Virus record (IMG/VR): IMGVR_UViG_3300031368_000001
Location: 1-64,000 of that record
Strand: one strand, 5' to 3'
DNA: 64,000 bases
From: a virus
The first letter of the stretch is position 1. Every line of letters begins with the position of its first letter. Shown here piece after piece: positions 19,680-27,761 of the stretch. Under the pieces are notes generated by a model, which saw only the letters and a list, made by a program, of their open reading frames with translations, searched no databases and had not been told where the DNA came from. A program made the position numbers and the translations under genes.

Positions 19680-19852
19680 CTGGCCTAATATAATTAAGCC
19701 AGTGTTAATAACAAGCTAATATTAATCAGCCAGTTAATTACAAGCTAATATTAATTAGCCAGTGTTAATTACAAGCTAATATTAATTAGCCAGTGTTAAT
19801 AACAAGCTAATATTAATCAGCCAGTGTTAATAACAAGCTAATATTAATCAGC
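19680..19852. repeat. ~31-bp tandem repeat x~5.5 between decoration and capsid genes
   Basis: agccagtgttaataacaagctaatattaat units with no spacers. Confidence 0.9.
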
Positions 19853-20302
19853 CTTGACTACGATAGTACGAGTCAGAAACAGCTTAAATTTTGCTTTGGC
19901 TACACATCCTTCTAAAGCGATTCCTGCGATCATTTTACCAGTATAGCTAGCGCCAGTAATTGTTTGAAACCAACCATTATCAGAATCCACAGCAGCATTG
20001 ATGGCTTCCACCAATGCATTTCTGATTATTCCAGCACCATCATAACAATATGCCCATGTAGGACCAAACAATACGACCTTGACAGTCTCACCCTCGAGAC
20101 CATCTTCTTGGGCAACGCCTTCAATGATAGCTCCAATAGTTGTATCATCACCAGCTTCCAACGCGTGTACCTGATAATCATTTGAACCAGGTTTTACGGC
20201 ATGGTACTGATAAACACGTTCATCGTTGTTATTTAATTCTACAGTATAGCTCCCATGAAATGGATTATCCAAGGGAATAGCTGGAGTTGCTCTTCTAGAC
20301 AT
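19844..20302 (-). CDS. Capsid cement/decoration protein (DUF2190-like)
   Basis: GVAQED...GETVKVVLFG...AGIALE; between scaffold and capsid genes. Confidence 0.75.
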   Translation of the reverse strand: MSRRATPAIPLDNPFHGSYTVELNNNDERVYQYHAVKPGSNDYQVHALEAGDDTTIGAIIEGVAQEDGLEGETVKVVLFGPTWAYCYDGAGIIRNALVEAINAAVDSDNGWFQTITGASYTGKMIAGIALEGCVAKAKFKLFLTRTIVVKAD

Positions 20303-20391
20303 GATTCTTCACCTCCTAGTTATAAAAATTATCAAATTACTTACAAAAATTACTTACAAAAATTACCTACAAAAAATACCTACAGAGAAAA

Positions 20392-21414
20392 CTACTTTCC
20401 TTGAGTATCCATGACAGCCTTAAAGGCTACATCATAGGAGACTTTATTCTCCTCGGCGTACTTGGTTATTTCACGATCAAGCTTAGCGCCTTCTTCGTCA
20501 ACACCAGTTGGGGTAATTTCTTCTTCCTCTTCAATTACCTTACCAAATGTATCCAGAGGAACAAGCAGCTTGCCCTCTTTATGACGATCAATGATCGCAC
20601 TAAAGAGCTCAGAGAATTTTTGCCATGGAGTCTTTTCATCCTCACCCTCAGCAAACTTGAACATGTTCGTCCAGTCAAGGGCATTGGCATAATTCAATAA
20701 TCCAAGTTCATCAACCACTGCCGGGGCTAAGCCTTTCTTTTTCAGATCCTCGGCCCATCTCTGTACATCTTTCATATGAGATGCACGTTTCTCCGCTGAT
20801 CTTTCTTTTTCAACGATCCCGATTTTGCTTTCTTGAGCGGTGAGCTTGGATGTCAGATCAGAAATCTCGGTATTTTTTGCATTTAGCTGTTCGCTGAGAG
20901 CAGTTAATTGTTCCTGAACCTGCTTTAAATCCTCAGCATCCTTCTTGGGTGGTTCAGGGTATTTATATGGTGATGGCTTTTTGCCAACATTCGCCTTAGC
21001 CTTGGAGTCCGCTCCAACGATCTCTTCTCCCTTTTTGAAGTCACCTTCAACAGCGAGAAACACAGAGATTTTTTCAGGTTCTACTTTCCTGACTGTTCCG
21101 ATGAGCTTGCTATCTGCACCCTTAACTTTCTCACCTTCTTTAAATTCACCCTCAACTGCATTTATTTCAACCATAACAGTTTTTCCGGCAAACTTATTGG
21201 GATCTTCCTCACCGACAACAGCCTTTGCCTTTGACTTTGTTCCGGTTATTTCTTCGTCGTCCTGAAAGTTCTCTCCTGAGGTAAGAACAATGACTAATTT
21301 CTTTTCATCGAACTCCTCAAGCGTACCGACAACCTTTGATGCATTGCCAGTCACTTCCTCTCCAACCTCAAAATCCCCGGAGATGGATTTGATCGGTACA
21401 GTTATTTTCTTCAT
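20392..21414 (-). CDS. Internally initiated scaffold protein (Mu gpZ-like)
   Basis: In-frame ATG at 21414 preceded by AGGAGGTG. Confidence 0.7.
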   Translation of the reverse strand: MKKITVPIKSISGDFEVGEEVTGNASKVVGTLEEFDEKKLVIVLTSGENFQDDEEITGTKSKAKAVVGEEDPNKFAGKTVMVEINAVEGEFKEGEKVKGADSKLIGTVRKVEPEKISVFLAVEGDFKKGEEIVGADSKAKANVGKKPSPYKYPEPPKKDAEDLKQVQEQLTALSEQLNAKNTEISDLTSKLTAQESKIGIVEKERSAEKRASHMKDVQRWAEDLKKKGLAPAVVDELGLLNYANALDWTNMFKFAEGEDEKTPWQKFSELFSAIIDRHKEGKLLVPLDTFGKVIEEEEEITPTGVDEEGAKLDREITKYAEENKVSYDVAFKAVMDTQGK

Positions 21415-22197
21415 ATTGTCACCTCCTAGCCAAAATGTTTCTTCCTCACTGTCTGGCCGAACAATCGGTAGACAGAAAGAATCTTCGCGGTTATCCTCGC
21501 CGTACCTTGCAACGATATCACTAAGACTCTTTATCCTTGGAATATCGGCTCCCAACAGAGCAACTCTCCGGAGAACCGGCCCAAACTCTTGATTATCAAA
21601 AACAAAATTACGATATATCTCTACTGAAGGATAACGATATGCACCATTTTTAATAATGTCAACAATTTGTTTTGGGACATCTTTGAAATCTGCATAAAGT
21701 TTTTTCCCTTTAGTCCAAACTTTGGATACCCATCCGGCAGACGGAAGTCCAGATTTTTGTAATAGATCTTGATTTTCATCATGTCCAAGTACCACCATAG
21801 GTGGTCTATGCGAATCTTTCAGTTTAGAAAAATTTGCGATGATTTTGTTAAGATCTTCTTCAGTATACTTTTTAGATTCTGCCTGGCCTATTTCAAAAAT
21901 TTGAACTCCGTTACATTCACCAAATTCTTGAAAGTTTCCACTAAGTTGTGTGAGAAGAATAGGACAACCATGCTGGTATGCGTGTATACACTGCTTGATT
22001 GGCTCGAGGTCTGAAAAGTCATCTGTCATCGGACATTCGGGCGCAAAGTGACATAAAGATTTTGGCCAGGCATATTCAGGGTAAAGCTCAGTTTCAGGAA
22101 TTGGATATGGATAAGTTTCTTGACCTGTTGAATATGTCCATGGCAGTGAAAAATCTTCCTTTGGAAAAGGGAAGGGATGTTCGTAAATTTTTTTCAT
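20392..22197 (-). CDS. Mu gpI-like head maturation protease-scaffold fusion
   Basis: LGH...AGWV...LYADF..VP...YRYPSVE...VALLG..P; C-terminal coiled coil. Confidence 0.85.
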   Translation of the reverse strand: MKKIYEHPFPFPKEDFSLPWTYSTGQETYPYPIPETELYPEYAWPKSLCHFAPECPMTDDFSDLEPIKQCIHAYQHGCPILLTQLSGNFQEFGECNGVQIFEIGQAESKKYTEEDLNKIIANFSKLKDSHRPPMVVLGHDENQDLLQKSGLPSAGWVSKVWTKGKKLYADFKDVPKQIVDIIKNGAYRYPSVEIYRNFVFDNQEFGPVLRRVALLGADIPRIKSLSDIVARYGEDNREDSFCLPIVRPDSEEETFWLGGDNMKKITVPIKSISGDFEVGEEVTGNASKVVGTLEEFDEKKLVIVLTSGENFQDDEEITGTKSKAKAVVGEEDPNKFAGKTVMVEINAVEGEFKEGEKVKGADSKLIGTVRKVEPEKISVFLAVEGDFKKGEEIVGADSKAKANVGKKPSPYKYPEPPKKDAEDLKQVQEQLTALSEQLNAKNTEISDLTSKLTAQESKIGIVEKERSAEKRASHMKDVQRWAEDLKKKGLAPAVVDELGLLNYANALDWTNMFKFAEGEDEKTPWQKFSELFSAIIDRHKEGKLLVPLDTFGKVIEEEEEITPTGVDEEGAKLDREITKYAEENKVSYDVAFKAVMDTQGK

Positions 22198-22225
22198 GAT
22201 CTAACCTCGTACTAACATTCTTAAG

Positions 22226-22804
22226 TTATTCAGCATAAGATATATCAGGATGCATAAATCCGTCTTTATCAATATCCGCAAATCCCCAGGCCTTTATTAC
22301 AACATTTGCATCTGAACCTTTGGGAGCAACCTTTGGATCTGTATATCGAGTAAATCCAGTTTCAGGTCCCTTCTTATAGAGTTTTTCCACATCGCTGATT
22401 TCTACTTTTGAGAAACCCATTTTCAGCAATGCGTCTCTTTGCTCTTTTTCATAATATCCTGCAAAACCAGGAAGCTTCTTATTCTCAGGAACACTTTCCA
22501 GAAGTTTTTTCTCTTCAGATGTTAATTCTCGATTTATCGAAATACTATCACCTGTGGTGATATCATCACTAAAAGCTTTAATCTTTGGTTGATCCAAAGG
22601 TTCCTGAGAAACTTCGTTAGGTTCATGAGAAACTTCGTTAGGTTCATGAGGAACTTCGTTAGGTTCATGAGGAACTTCGTTAGGTTCATGAGGAACTTCG
22701 TTAGGTTCATGAGGAACTTCGTTATAATTTCTATCGCCTTCACCCCCTGTTGTTTCTTCTACTCTTCCCGTCGTTATGTCTTCTGAAAAAGGTTTTATTT
22801 CCAT
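22226..22804 (-). CDS. Tagged-family protein (two N-motifs, divergent C-tag FMHPDISYAE)
   Basis: KPFSEDITTG and KAFSDDITTG; EPNEVPH repeats. Confidence 0.8.
   Translation of the reverse strand: MEIKPFSEDITTGRVEETTGGEGDRNYNEVPHEPNEVPHEPNEVPHEPNEVPHEPNEVSHEPNEVSQEPLDQPKIKAFSDDITTGDSISINRELTSEEKKLLESVPENKKLPGFAGYYEKEQRDALLKMGFSKVEISDVEKLYKKGPETGFTRYTDPKVAPKGSDANVVIKAWGFADIDKDGFMHPDISYAE
22596..22722. repeat. 21-bp in-frame tandem repeat x6 (EPNEVPH)
   Basis: ttcgttaggttcatgaggaac units. Confidence 0.9.
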
Positions 22805-22827
22805 GATCTAACCTCGTTAATTAAAAA

Positions 22828-23445
22828 CTAATACCAGCCTACATCTCTGTGATAATATTCGCCAAGCTTTATTCCCCAACTTTTCCCGGGAATCCACATT
22901 TTCTTCATTACTTCAAGTAAATTTCTCCAGTACTCCTCAAATGCCCTCTTTTCTTTATCAAGAATTCTTGGATCAATCTTGCCACGCTCGTCTCTGGGAA
23001 TAGCTTTTTCCCACTCTACCCAGTGAAATTCTTTTGCTTTTTTTGTGGTTTCTGGATCTTGGAAATCTTCGCTCTGGAAGTTTTTATTCTTGAGGTTTTC
23101 GGAATTTTTGGAGATTAAAATTTTTGGAAATATCTTTTTAAATAATTTTGGCCAGCCAACTACCAAGATTTGTTTTTGCTTTTCAACAATATCCTTACCA
23201 GCGAATAATGCTTGAGCTGCATTATCTACCTCTTTTGACTCAGTTTCAAGGGTATCTTTAACTCTCTTATATCCTGGTTCAAGACCGTCACCAGTTGCTA
23301 GTAGCATCCATTGACTATAAAGTTTTCTGCGTGTGATAGGGTTGATTTGGAAGATATCAGTGGGAGCTGAAGAATTCAAAGATTCATCGTATGTTTCGAC
23401 ATGACCCTGAATATCTGATGAGAAAGATTTTATTGTTGTTGCCAT
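22828..23445 (-). CDS. Tagged-family protein
   Basis: KSFSSDIQGHVE ... LGEYYHRDVGWY. Confidence 0.85.
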   Translation of the reverse strand: MATTIKSFSSDIQGHVETYDESLNSSAPTDIFQINPITRRKLYSQWMLLATGDGLEPGYKRVKDTLETESKEVDNAAQALFAGKDIVEKQKQILVVGWPKLFKKIFPKILISKNSENLKNKNFQSEDFQDPETTKKAKEFHWVEWEKAIPRDERGKIDPRILDKEKRAFEEYWRNLLEVMKKMWIPGKSWGIKLGEYYHRDVGWY

Positions 23446-23451
23446 AAAGTT

Positions 23452-23481
23452 ACCCTAACAGACATAAAAAATTTTTGTCAA
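23452..23481 (-). promoter_or_regulatory. Putative late promoter TTGACA-N18-TAGGGT
   Basis: Same motif and spacing as 27732..27761. Confidence 0.5.
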
Positions 23482-23588
23482 CCCTTTTTTAAACAAGAAT
23501 AGTGATATTTAAACAAGAATAGTGATATTTAAGTAAGAATAATGGAAAAAGAAAAAATTAGTCAAGGTTTTTTTAGTATACTCTTTTT

Positions 23589-24242
23589 TTAGTACCACCC
23601 AACATCTCTGTGGTAATATTCACCAGATTTCTCCAAAAACCCTTCAACAACCGGTATATATCCAGCACTTCTCAAAAATTCTCCAGCTTTGTGTCTTTTC
23701 AGGGCTGCTAAATCCTTCTTACTTAATTTTTTTGCCCATTCAGGTTTTGTGAGTCGCATTATTTTCTTGCCAGCCTCTTCTTGAGTAACACCAAGATCTC
23801 TCATCAAACCTTGCGTAACGGAACGATCGGTTATTCCCGCTTTCTGAGCTGCCTGAAATCTAAGCCATCTGTTATCCTGCTTCCTTAAAAATTCCACTAA
23901 ATCTTTATTATATTTCTGGGAGTTCCAACCCTGATACTGAGTATGTTTAACATCATCCCAAAGACGATTTTTTTCTTCATGAATCCAGGCTTCCCGAAGA
24001 TGTGTAGCGCCTACCATCTGTATGTAGAGATTAGCTTTATCTACATAAGTTTTGGCATTTTTTAGATCATCAGCGGTTACTTCAGACGGTTTTTTGATGG
24101 GACCTGTATAAATAGGGGTGTGTTTTGGCTGGGTAGGAACCTCAATTTTAGCACCAGGGAAATCTATAATATCACCTGGATCAAAGAAAGTTCCTGTGGA
24201 TATATCTTCTGAGAAGGGTTTAAGAGTATTCATATTAATCAT
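23589..24242 (-). CDS. Tagged-family protein
   Basis: KPFSEDISTG ... SGEYYHRDVGWY. Confidence 0.85.
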   Translation of the reverse strand: MINMNTLKPFSEDISTGTFFDPGDIIDFPGAKIEVPTQPKHTPIYTGPIKKPSEVTADDLKNAKTYVDKANLYIQMVGATHLREAWIHEEKNRLWDDVKHTQYQGWNSQKYNKDLVEFLRKQDNRWLRFQAAQKAGITDRSVTQGLMRDLGVTQEEAGKKIMRLTKPEWAKKLSKKDLAALKRHKAGEFLRSAGYIPVVEGFLEKSGEYYHRDVGWY

Positions 24243-24252
24243 TTCCTTATGT

Positions 24253-24945
24253 TTAATACCACCCTACATCTCTGTGGTAATACTCACCAAACGAACCTAG
24301 GTTAGCTTCACCTTTAATTTCTACACCTTTTGGTGTGTAGGCTTTTCTTCCTTTTATGATCACATCTACTTTTCTTTTCCATATTCCTTTATGTTCTTTG
24401 AGATATTTCAGTGCCTGATTCACCGACCAGCCACTCTTTTCCACTAAATTGCTCACTTCCCACCGGGTTACTCCCCAGGGTGGAATTCCTCTATGCTCCT
24501 CACCGCCTTTTATACTCTGTACTTTCAGAATATTATTTCTAGAATAACCCATATCCCGTAGAATCTTATCATGAAATGTAAAATCTCCTCCAGTCCCTAT
24601 AGCCAAAGCAGCTCCTAATTGTGCTACATACCGATTCAGTATTTTTGAATCAAGCTTAAGTTTTGGATTTTCTTTATTAAGCACTGCCGCCACTTTTTCT
24701 GCTCTTTCATCCCATATTTCCTGACGAATCCCTCCACCAGGTTGCACTGGGCTATTTCTATAAATTGGTTCTTTTCTTTCTTTTGGCTGTAGAGTAACAA
24801 GTTTTAAAATATCTTCGAGCAGACCAAACTCATCCGGGACACCGTAAGTAATATCGTCAGAGAATGGTTTAACAAACGAACCTTCTGGTATTTCTGGAAG
24901 ACTTGTTTGTTCATTTATATCGTCAGAAAATGATTTCATGTCCAT
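24253..24945 (-). CDS. Tagged-family protein (two N-motifs)
   Basis: KSFSDDI and KPFSDDITYG ... FGEYYHRDVGWY. Confidence 0.85.
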   Translation of the reverse strand: MDMKSFSDDINEQTSLPEIPEGSFVKPFSDDITYGVPDEFGLLEDILKLVTLQPKERKEPIYRNSPVQPGGGIRQEIWDERAEKVAAVLNKENPKLKLDSKILNRYVAQLGAALAIGTGGDFTFHDKILRDMGYSRNNILKVQSIKGGEEHRGIPPWGVTRWEVSNLVEKSGWSVNQALKYLKEHKGIWKRKVDVIIKGRKAYTPKGVEIKGEANLGSFGEYYHRDVGWY

Positions 24946-25034
24946 GATTTATTTAATATCACCCTTTGTCCTTATGATAGTATTTGTAACACAAGAATTT
25001 TCCGTTAATTTTTTTATTTATAGCGACCCAGATT

Positions 25035-25424
25035 TTATTCTCCTCTCTGTGCAAATGGGCTTTTACCATCATTGATTCTCTTCATTGCATGTTTTATAGC
25101 TTTATCAACTATCCGTTTAGTAGGTTTATTTCCTTTAAGAAGATAATTAATTTCATCCTTTGTTAATGTAGGCACAAGAGATGGTATTTCTATTTCTTTG
25201 CCATCTATACCTACACCGATAGATAACTCAGTAGATATATGCCCATCTGGTCTTTTTAATGTACCTAAAAATCCCGGGCCTTTAGGAGTACCATCCGTCC
25301 TTAATCCCCATCCTTTTTCTCTAACTGTTTCTTTATGATCGAAAAAATCAGCTTGAGACCTGGTAAAAGATTCATCATAATTTTCAACATGCCCCTGGAT
25401 ATTTGAGGAAAATGGCTTGAACAT
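25035..25424 (-). CDS. Tagged-family protein lacking an in-frame C-tag
   Basis: ATG at 25424 right after the upstream stop; MFKPFSSNIQGHVENYDES. Confidence 0.8.
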   Translation of the reverse strand: MFKPFSSNIQGHVENYDESFTRSQADFFDHKETVREKGWGLRTDGTPKGPGFLGTLKRPDGHISTELSIGVGIDGKEIEIPSLVPTLTKDEINYLLKGNKPTKRIVDKAIKHAMKRINDGKSPFAQRGE

Positions 25425-25425
25425 C

Positions 25426-26205
25426 TTAATACCACCCCACGTCTCTGTGATAATATTCACCATATAATCTAAATGTTTTTTCACTAACAGGATATTTACC
25501 ATCCAGAAGCTTTATGCCTCCTAAAATTCCCCATCCTCTTACAATGATTTGTGTTTCATGAGGATTGAGTATTTCACCTTTTGCTGCTTTCTCCACAGTA
25601 AGCCTAACATCTCTGGCAGATACATTTAAAGTTTTGATAGCTTTTGATGCATGATAGGTATACGTATCTTTTTTTGGATCATGCCACCACCATGTAGGAA
25701 CTACCCCAGGACTTGCATAAATTTTTTCCTGTTCTTTTGCTGAAAGTGCAATCTGTTCCTTTCCTCTTGCTTTTACAGGTTTTTTCACAAGTTCATCGAT
25801 CTGAGCCTTAAGATGTTTCTGAAGCTCCTTCGGAATGGGTTCTTTACCTTCAAGGATTCTTGATAGGCGATAGTCATTATCATGAAATTCGAGAAAGTTT
25901 AAAAGCTCTTTATTATATGCTGAAGATTTAGGGCCTTGAAGCTGTAGATATTTCTCGTCTTTCCAGAGACTATCTAATTTATACTCTATCCACTTCTTTC
26001 TATTATCCTCTATAATACCAGCCTGATCAAAATATATTTTGACTTTTTCATCTAAGTCCTTACCTTGTTGAAGCTGATTAACAGTGACATCGGAGTAAAA
26101 AATAGGAGTTGGTTCTGTAAGATTTATTCCTATAGAATCCGGTGTGGAATCTACTCCTGTGAAATCTGCTCCTGTAGATATAGTTTCTGAAAAGGATCTG
26201 AGCAT
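25426..26205 (-). CDS. Tagged-family protein
   Basis: RSFSETISTG ... YGEYYHRDVGWY. Confidence 0.85.
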   Translation of the reverse strand: MLRSFSETISTGADFTGVDSTPDSIGINLTEPTPIFYSDVTVNQLQQGKDLDEKVKIYFDQAGIIEDNRKKWIEYKLDSLWKDEKYLQLQGPKSSAYNKELLNFLEFHDNDYRLSRILEGKEPIPKELQKHLKAQIDELVKKPVKARGKEQIALSAKEQEKIYASPGVVPTWWWHDPKKDTYTYHASKAIKTLNVSARDVRLTVEKAAKGEILNPHETQIIVRGWGILGGIKLLDGKYPVSEKTFRLYGEYYHRDVGWY

Positions 26206-26206
26206 C

Positions 26207-26935
26207 TTAATACCATCCTACATCTCTGTGATAATATTCACCAAAACTTCTTATTGCCCTCATTGTCTTTTCAGGAAATTCGCGTTTTCCTTTTATAATC
26301 CTCTCTGCTTCATATGAAGGCCAGCTTAATCGTATCATCCGTTTATCTGCTTCGGTTATATTTCCTGCTGCAGCTCTCTTAATTGCTTTTTCCACATCAG
26401 CGGCTGAGGCCCCCTGACCTTCTATTACTTTTTTTATGTAATAGGTTAAACTTTTTGTGGCTGGTACGGGATCCCACCATGGAGGAACATGCCCACCAGT
26501 ATTCCATATTCGTTCCTTATCGCGCTTTGTTATTCCAGGAACTTTTTTCTTGATTAGATCTTCAATCTCTTTCTTCATTGCCGCTACTTTCTCGGTAGGC
26601 ATATGGGTTCCTACATCTTTTATGCCTCTAAAACCAAACTCTTTATCTGCTGTCTGACAAGCCTTCAAGAAATTCTTGTTATAATAATCTCCTTGAAAAC
26701 CACCTGGATCTAAATACTGCCAATCTACCCAGGTATCTTTTAGTTTTTTCAGAATGAAATTTTTGTGCTTGGTATTAATAACTCTAGCATATTTGAAATA
26801 TAATCCTAATTTCTCTTTTTGGGTTCTTCCATGTCTGATATATCCTATCGTTACATCTTCAGGAGCGAAGGAATCTATTGTACTATCTATATAATTTTTA
26901 ACACTACCCTGTACGCTATCTGAAAAAGTTTTCAT
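26207..26935 (-). CDS. Tagged-family protein
   Basis: ATG at 26935 with GAGG RBS; KTFSDSVQG ... FGEYYHRDVGWY. Confidence 0.85.
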   Translation of the reverse strand: MKTFSDSVQGSVKNYIDSTIDSFAPEDVTIGYIRHGRTQKEKLGLYFKYARVINTKHKNFILKKLKDTWVDWQYLDPGGFQGDYYNKNFLKACQTADKEFGFRGIKDVGTHMPTEKVAAMKKEIEDLIKKKVPGITKRDKERIWNTGGHVPPWWDPVPATKSLTYYIKKVIEGQGASAADVEKAIKRAAAGNITEADKRMIRLSWPSYEAERIIKGKREFPEKTMRAIRSFGEYYHRDVGWY

Positions 26936-27128
26936 TTTTGCCTCTAGTTTATAAGTAAGTAGTTTATAAGTAAGTAGTTTATAAATAATTATTTTATGAT
27001 TAATACAGGTATAAATCCATTCCAACCAAATTCATAATAGGGGTATTTTTCATTTAGATCCTCTATGATGTTCCAGCGAGTTTTCAGTGAAAGATATGAT
27101 TCAAGGTAATACCGAATAATGTTCATGG

Positions 27129-27296
27129 TCAAACGTCTGGTATTTTCTCAGGATCTTTCATTATAAATTCTTTTTTGGCTTTATCGTAAGCCTCTTCTAT
27201 TTGCTTTACACTCATCCTACTTCGTTGTGCCTCTTGTAAGGCTAACATCATGAAAAATTTAACCAGCTCTGCGCCAGCCGATGCTATTGTGCTCAT
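27129..27296 (-). CDS. Small hypothetical protein (55 aa)
   Basis: GAGGT RBS; MSTIASAGAELVKFFMMLAL...KIPDV. Confidence 0.6.
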   Translation of the reverse strand: MSTIASAGAELVKFFMMLALQEAQRSRMSVKQIEEAYDKAKKEFIMKDPEKIPDV

Positions 27297-27339
27297 TACT
27301 GTCTACCTCATTAAATAAATTTTCTCGGTACGTCTTTCC

Positions 27340-27693
27340 CTAATACGTCATCCCTGCTAATTTTTCTAACAGTCCCAGTATCTTATTTTCAAGATCCAGG
27401 TTCTGCAGTCCCCCTTCTACAACTCCCAAATATATGATCATTAATTTATTAGTCTTGATCAGTAATTCTTTTTTTGCTCTAACTATTTTTTTCCCGTCTT
27501 CGGTTAAATCTCTTCTCACTGCCAGCCTCATCGTATCGTCATATTGAGCATTATACATCTCCATAAATGCTAATCCCTTCTCCTGACTACTTCGTTCACT
27601 CCAGGGCTTTATGCCTATCCCAGCACAGCCTACGAGAAAAATGGTTAGAAGCGCTAGTAAGAAAATTCTTAAGAGACTTCTATCCTTTTGCAT
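27340..27693 (-). CDS. Lipoprotein, first gene of the late region
   Basis: Lipobox FLVGC; RBS AGGAGGAG. Confidence 0.75.
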   Translation of the reverse strand: MQKDRSLLRIFLLALLTIFLVGCAGIGIKPWSERSSQEKGLAFMEMYNAQYDDTMRLAVRRDLTEDGKKIVRAKKELLIKTNKLMIIYLGVVEGGLQNLDLENKILGLLEKLAGMTY

Positions 27694-27731
27694 GATACTC
27701 CTCCTTTTTTTTGTTTATTTCACTCTTCTTT

Positions 27732-27761
27732 ACCCTAAAGAAAAATTTCAATTATTGTCAA
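27732..27761 (-). promoter_or_regulatory. Putative late promoter TTGACA-N18-TAGGGT
   Basis: Perfect -35 upstream of the first minus-strand gene; motif repeated at 23452. Confidence 0.55.

Noticed and set aside
19680-19852. CRISPR array
   Set aside because: Units are contiguous with no unique spacers
24959-24961. TGA-to-Trp recoding
   Set aside because: TGA is an ordinary stop elsewhere, with many ATGA overlaps (6218, 37860, 48741), and the relic tag is also out of frame
22828-26245. Tag-encoding 36-nt repeats as DNA recombination sites, CRISPR repeats or DGR template/variable repeats
   Set aside because: Differences are synonymous rather than adenine-specific, spacing is gene-sized, and no reverse transcriptase or recombinase was seen
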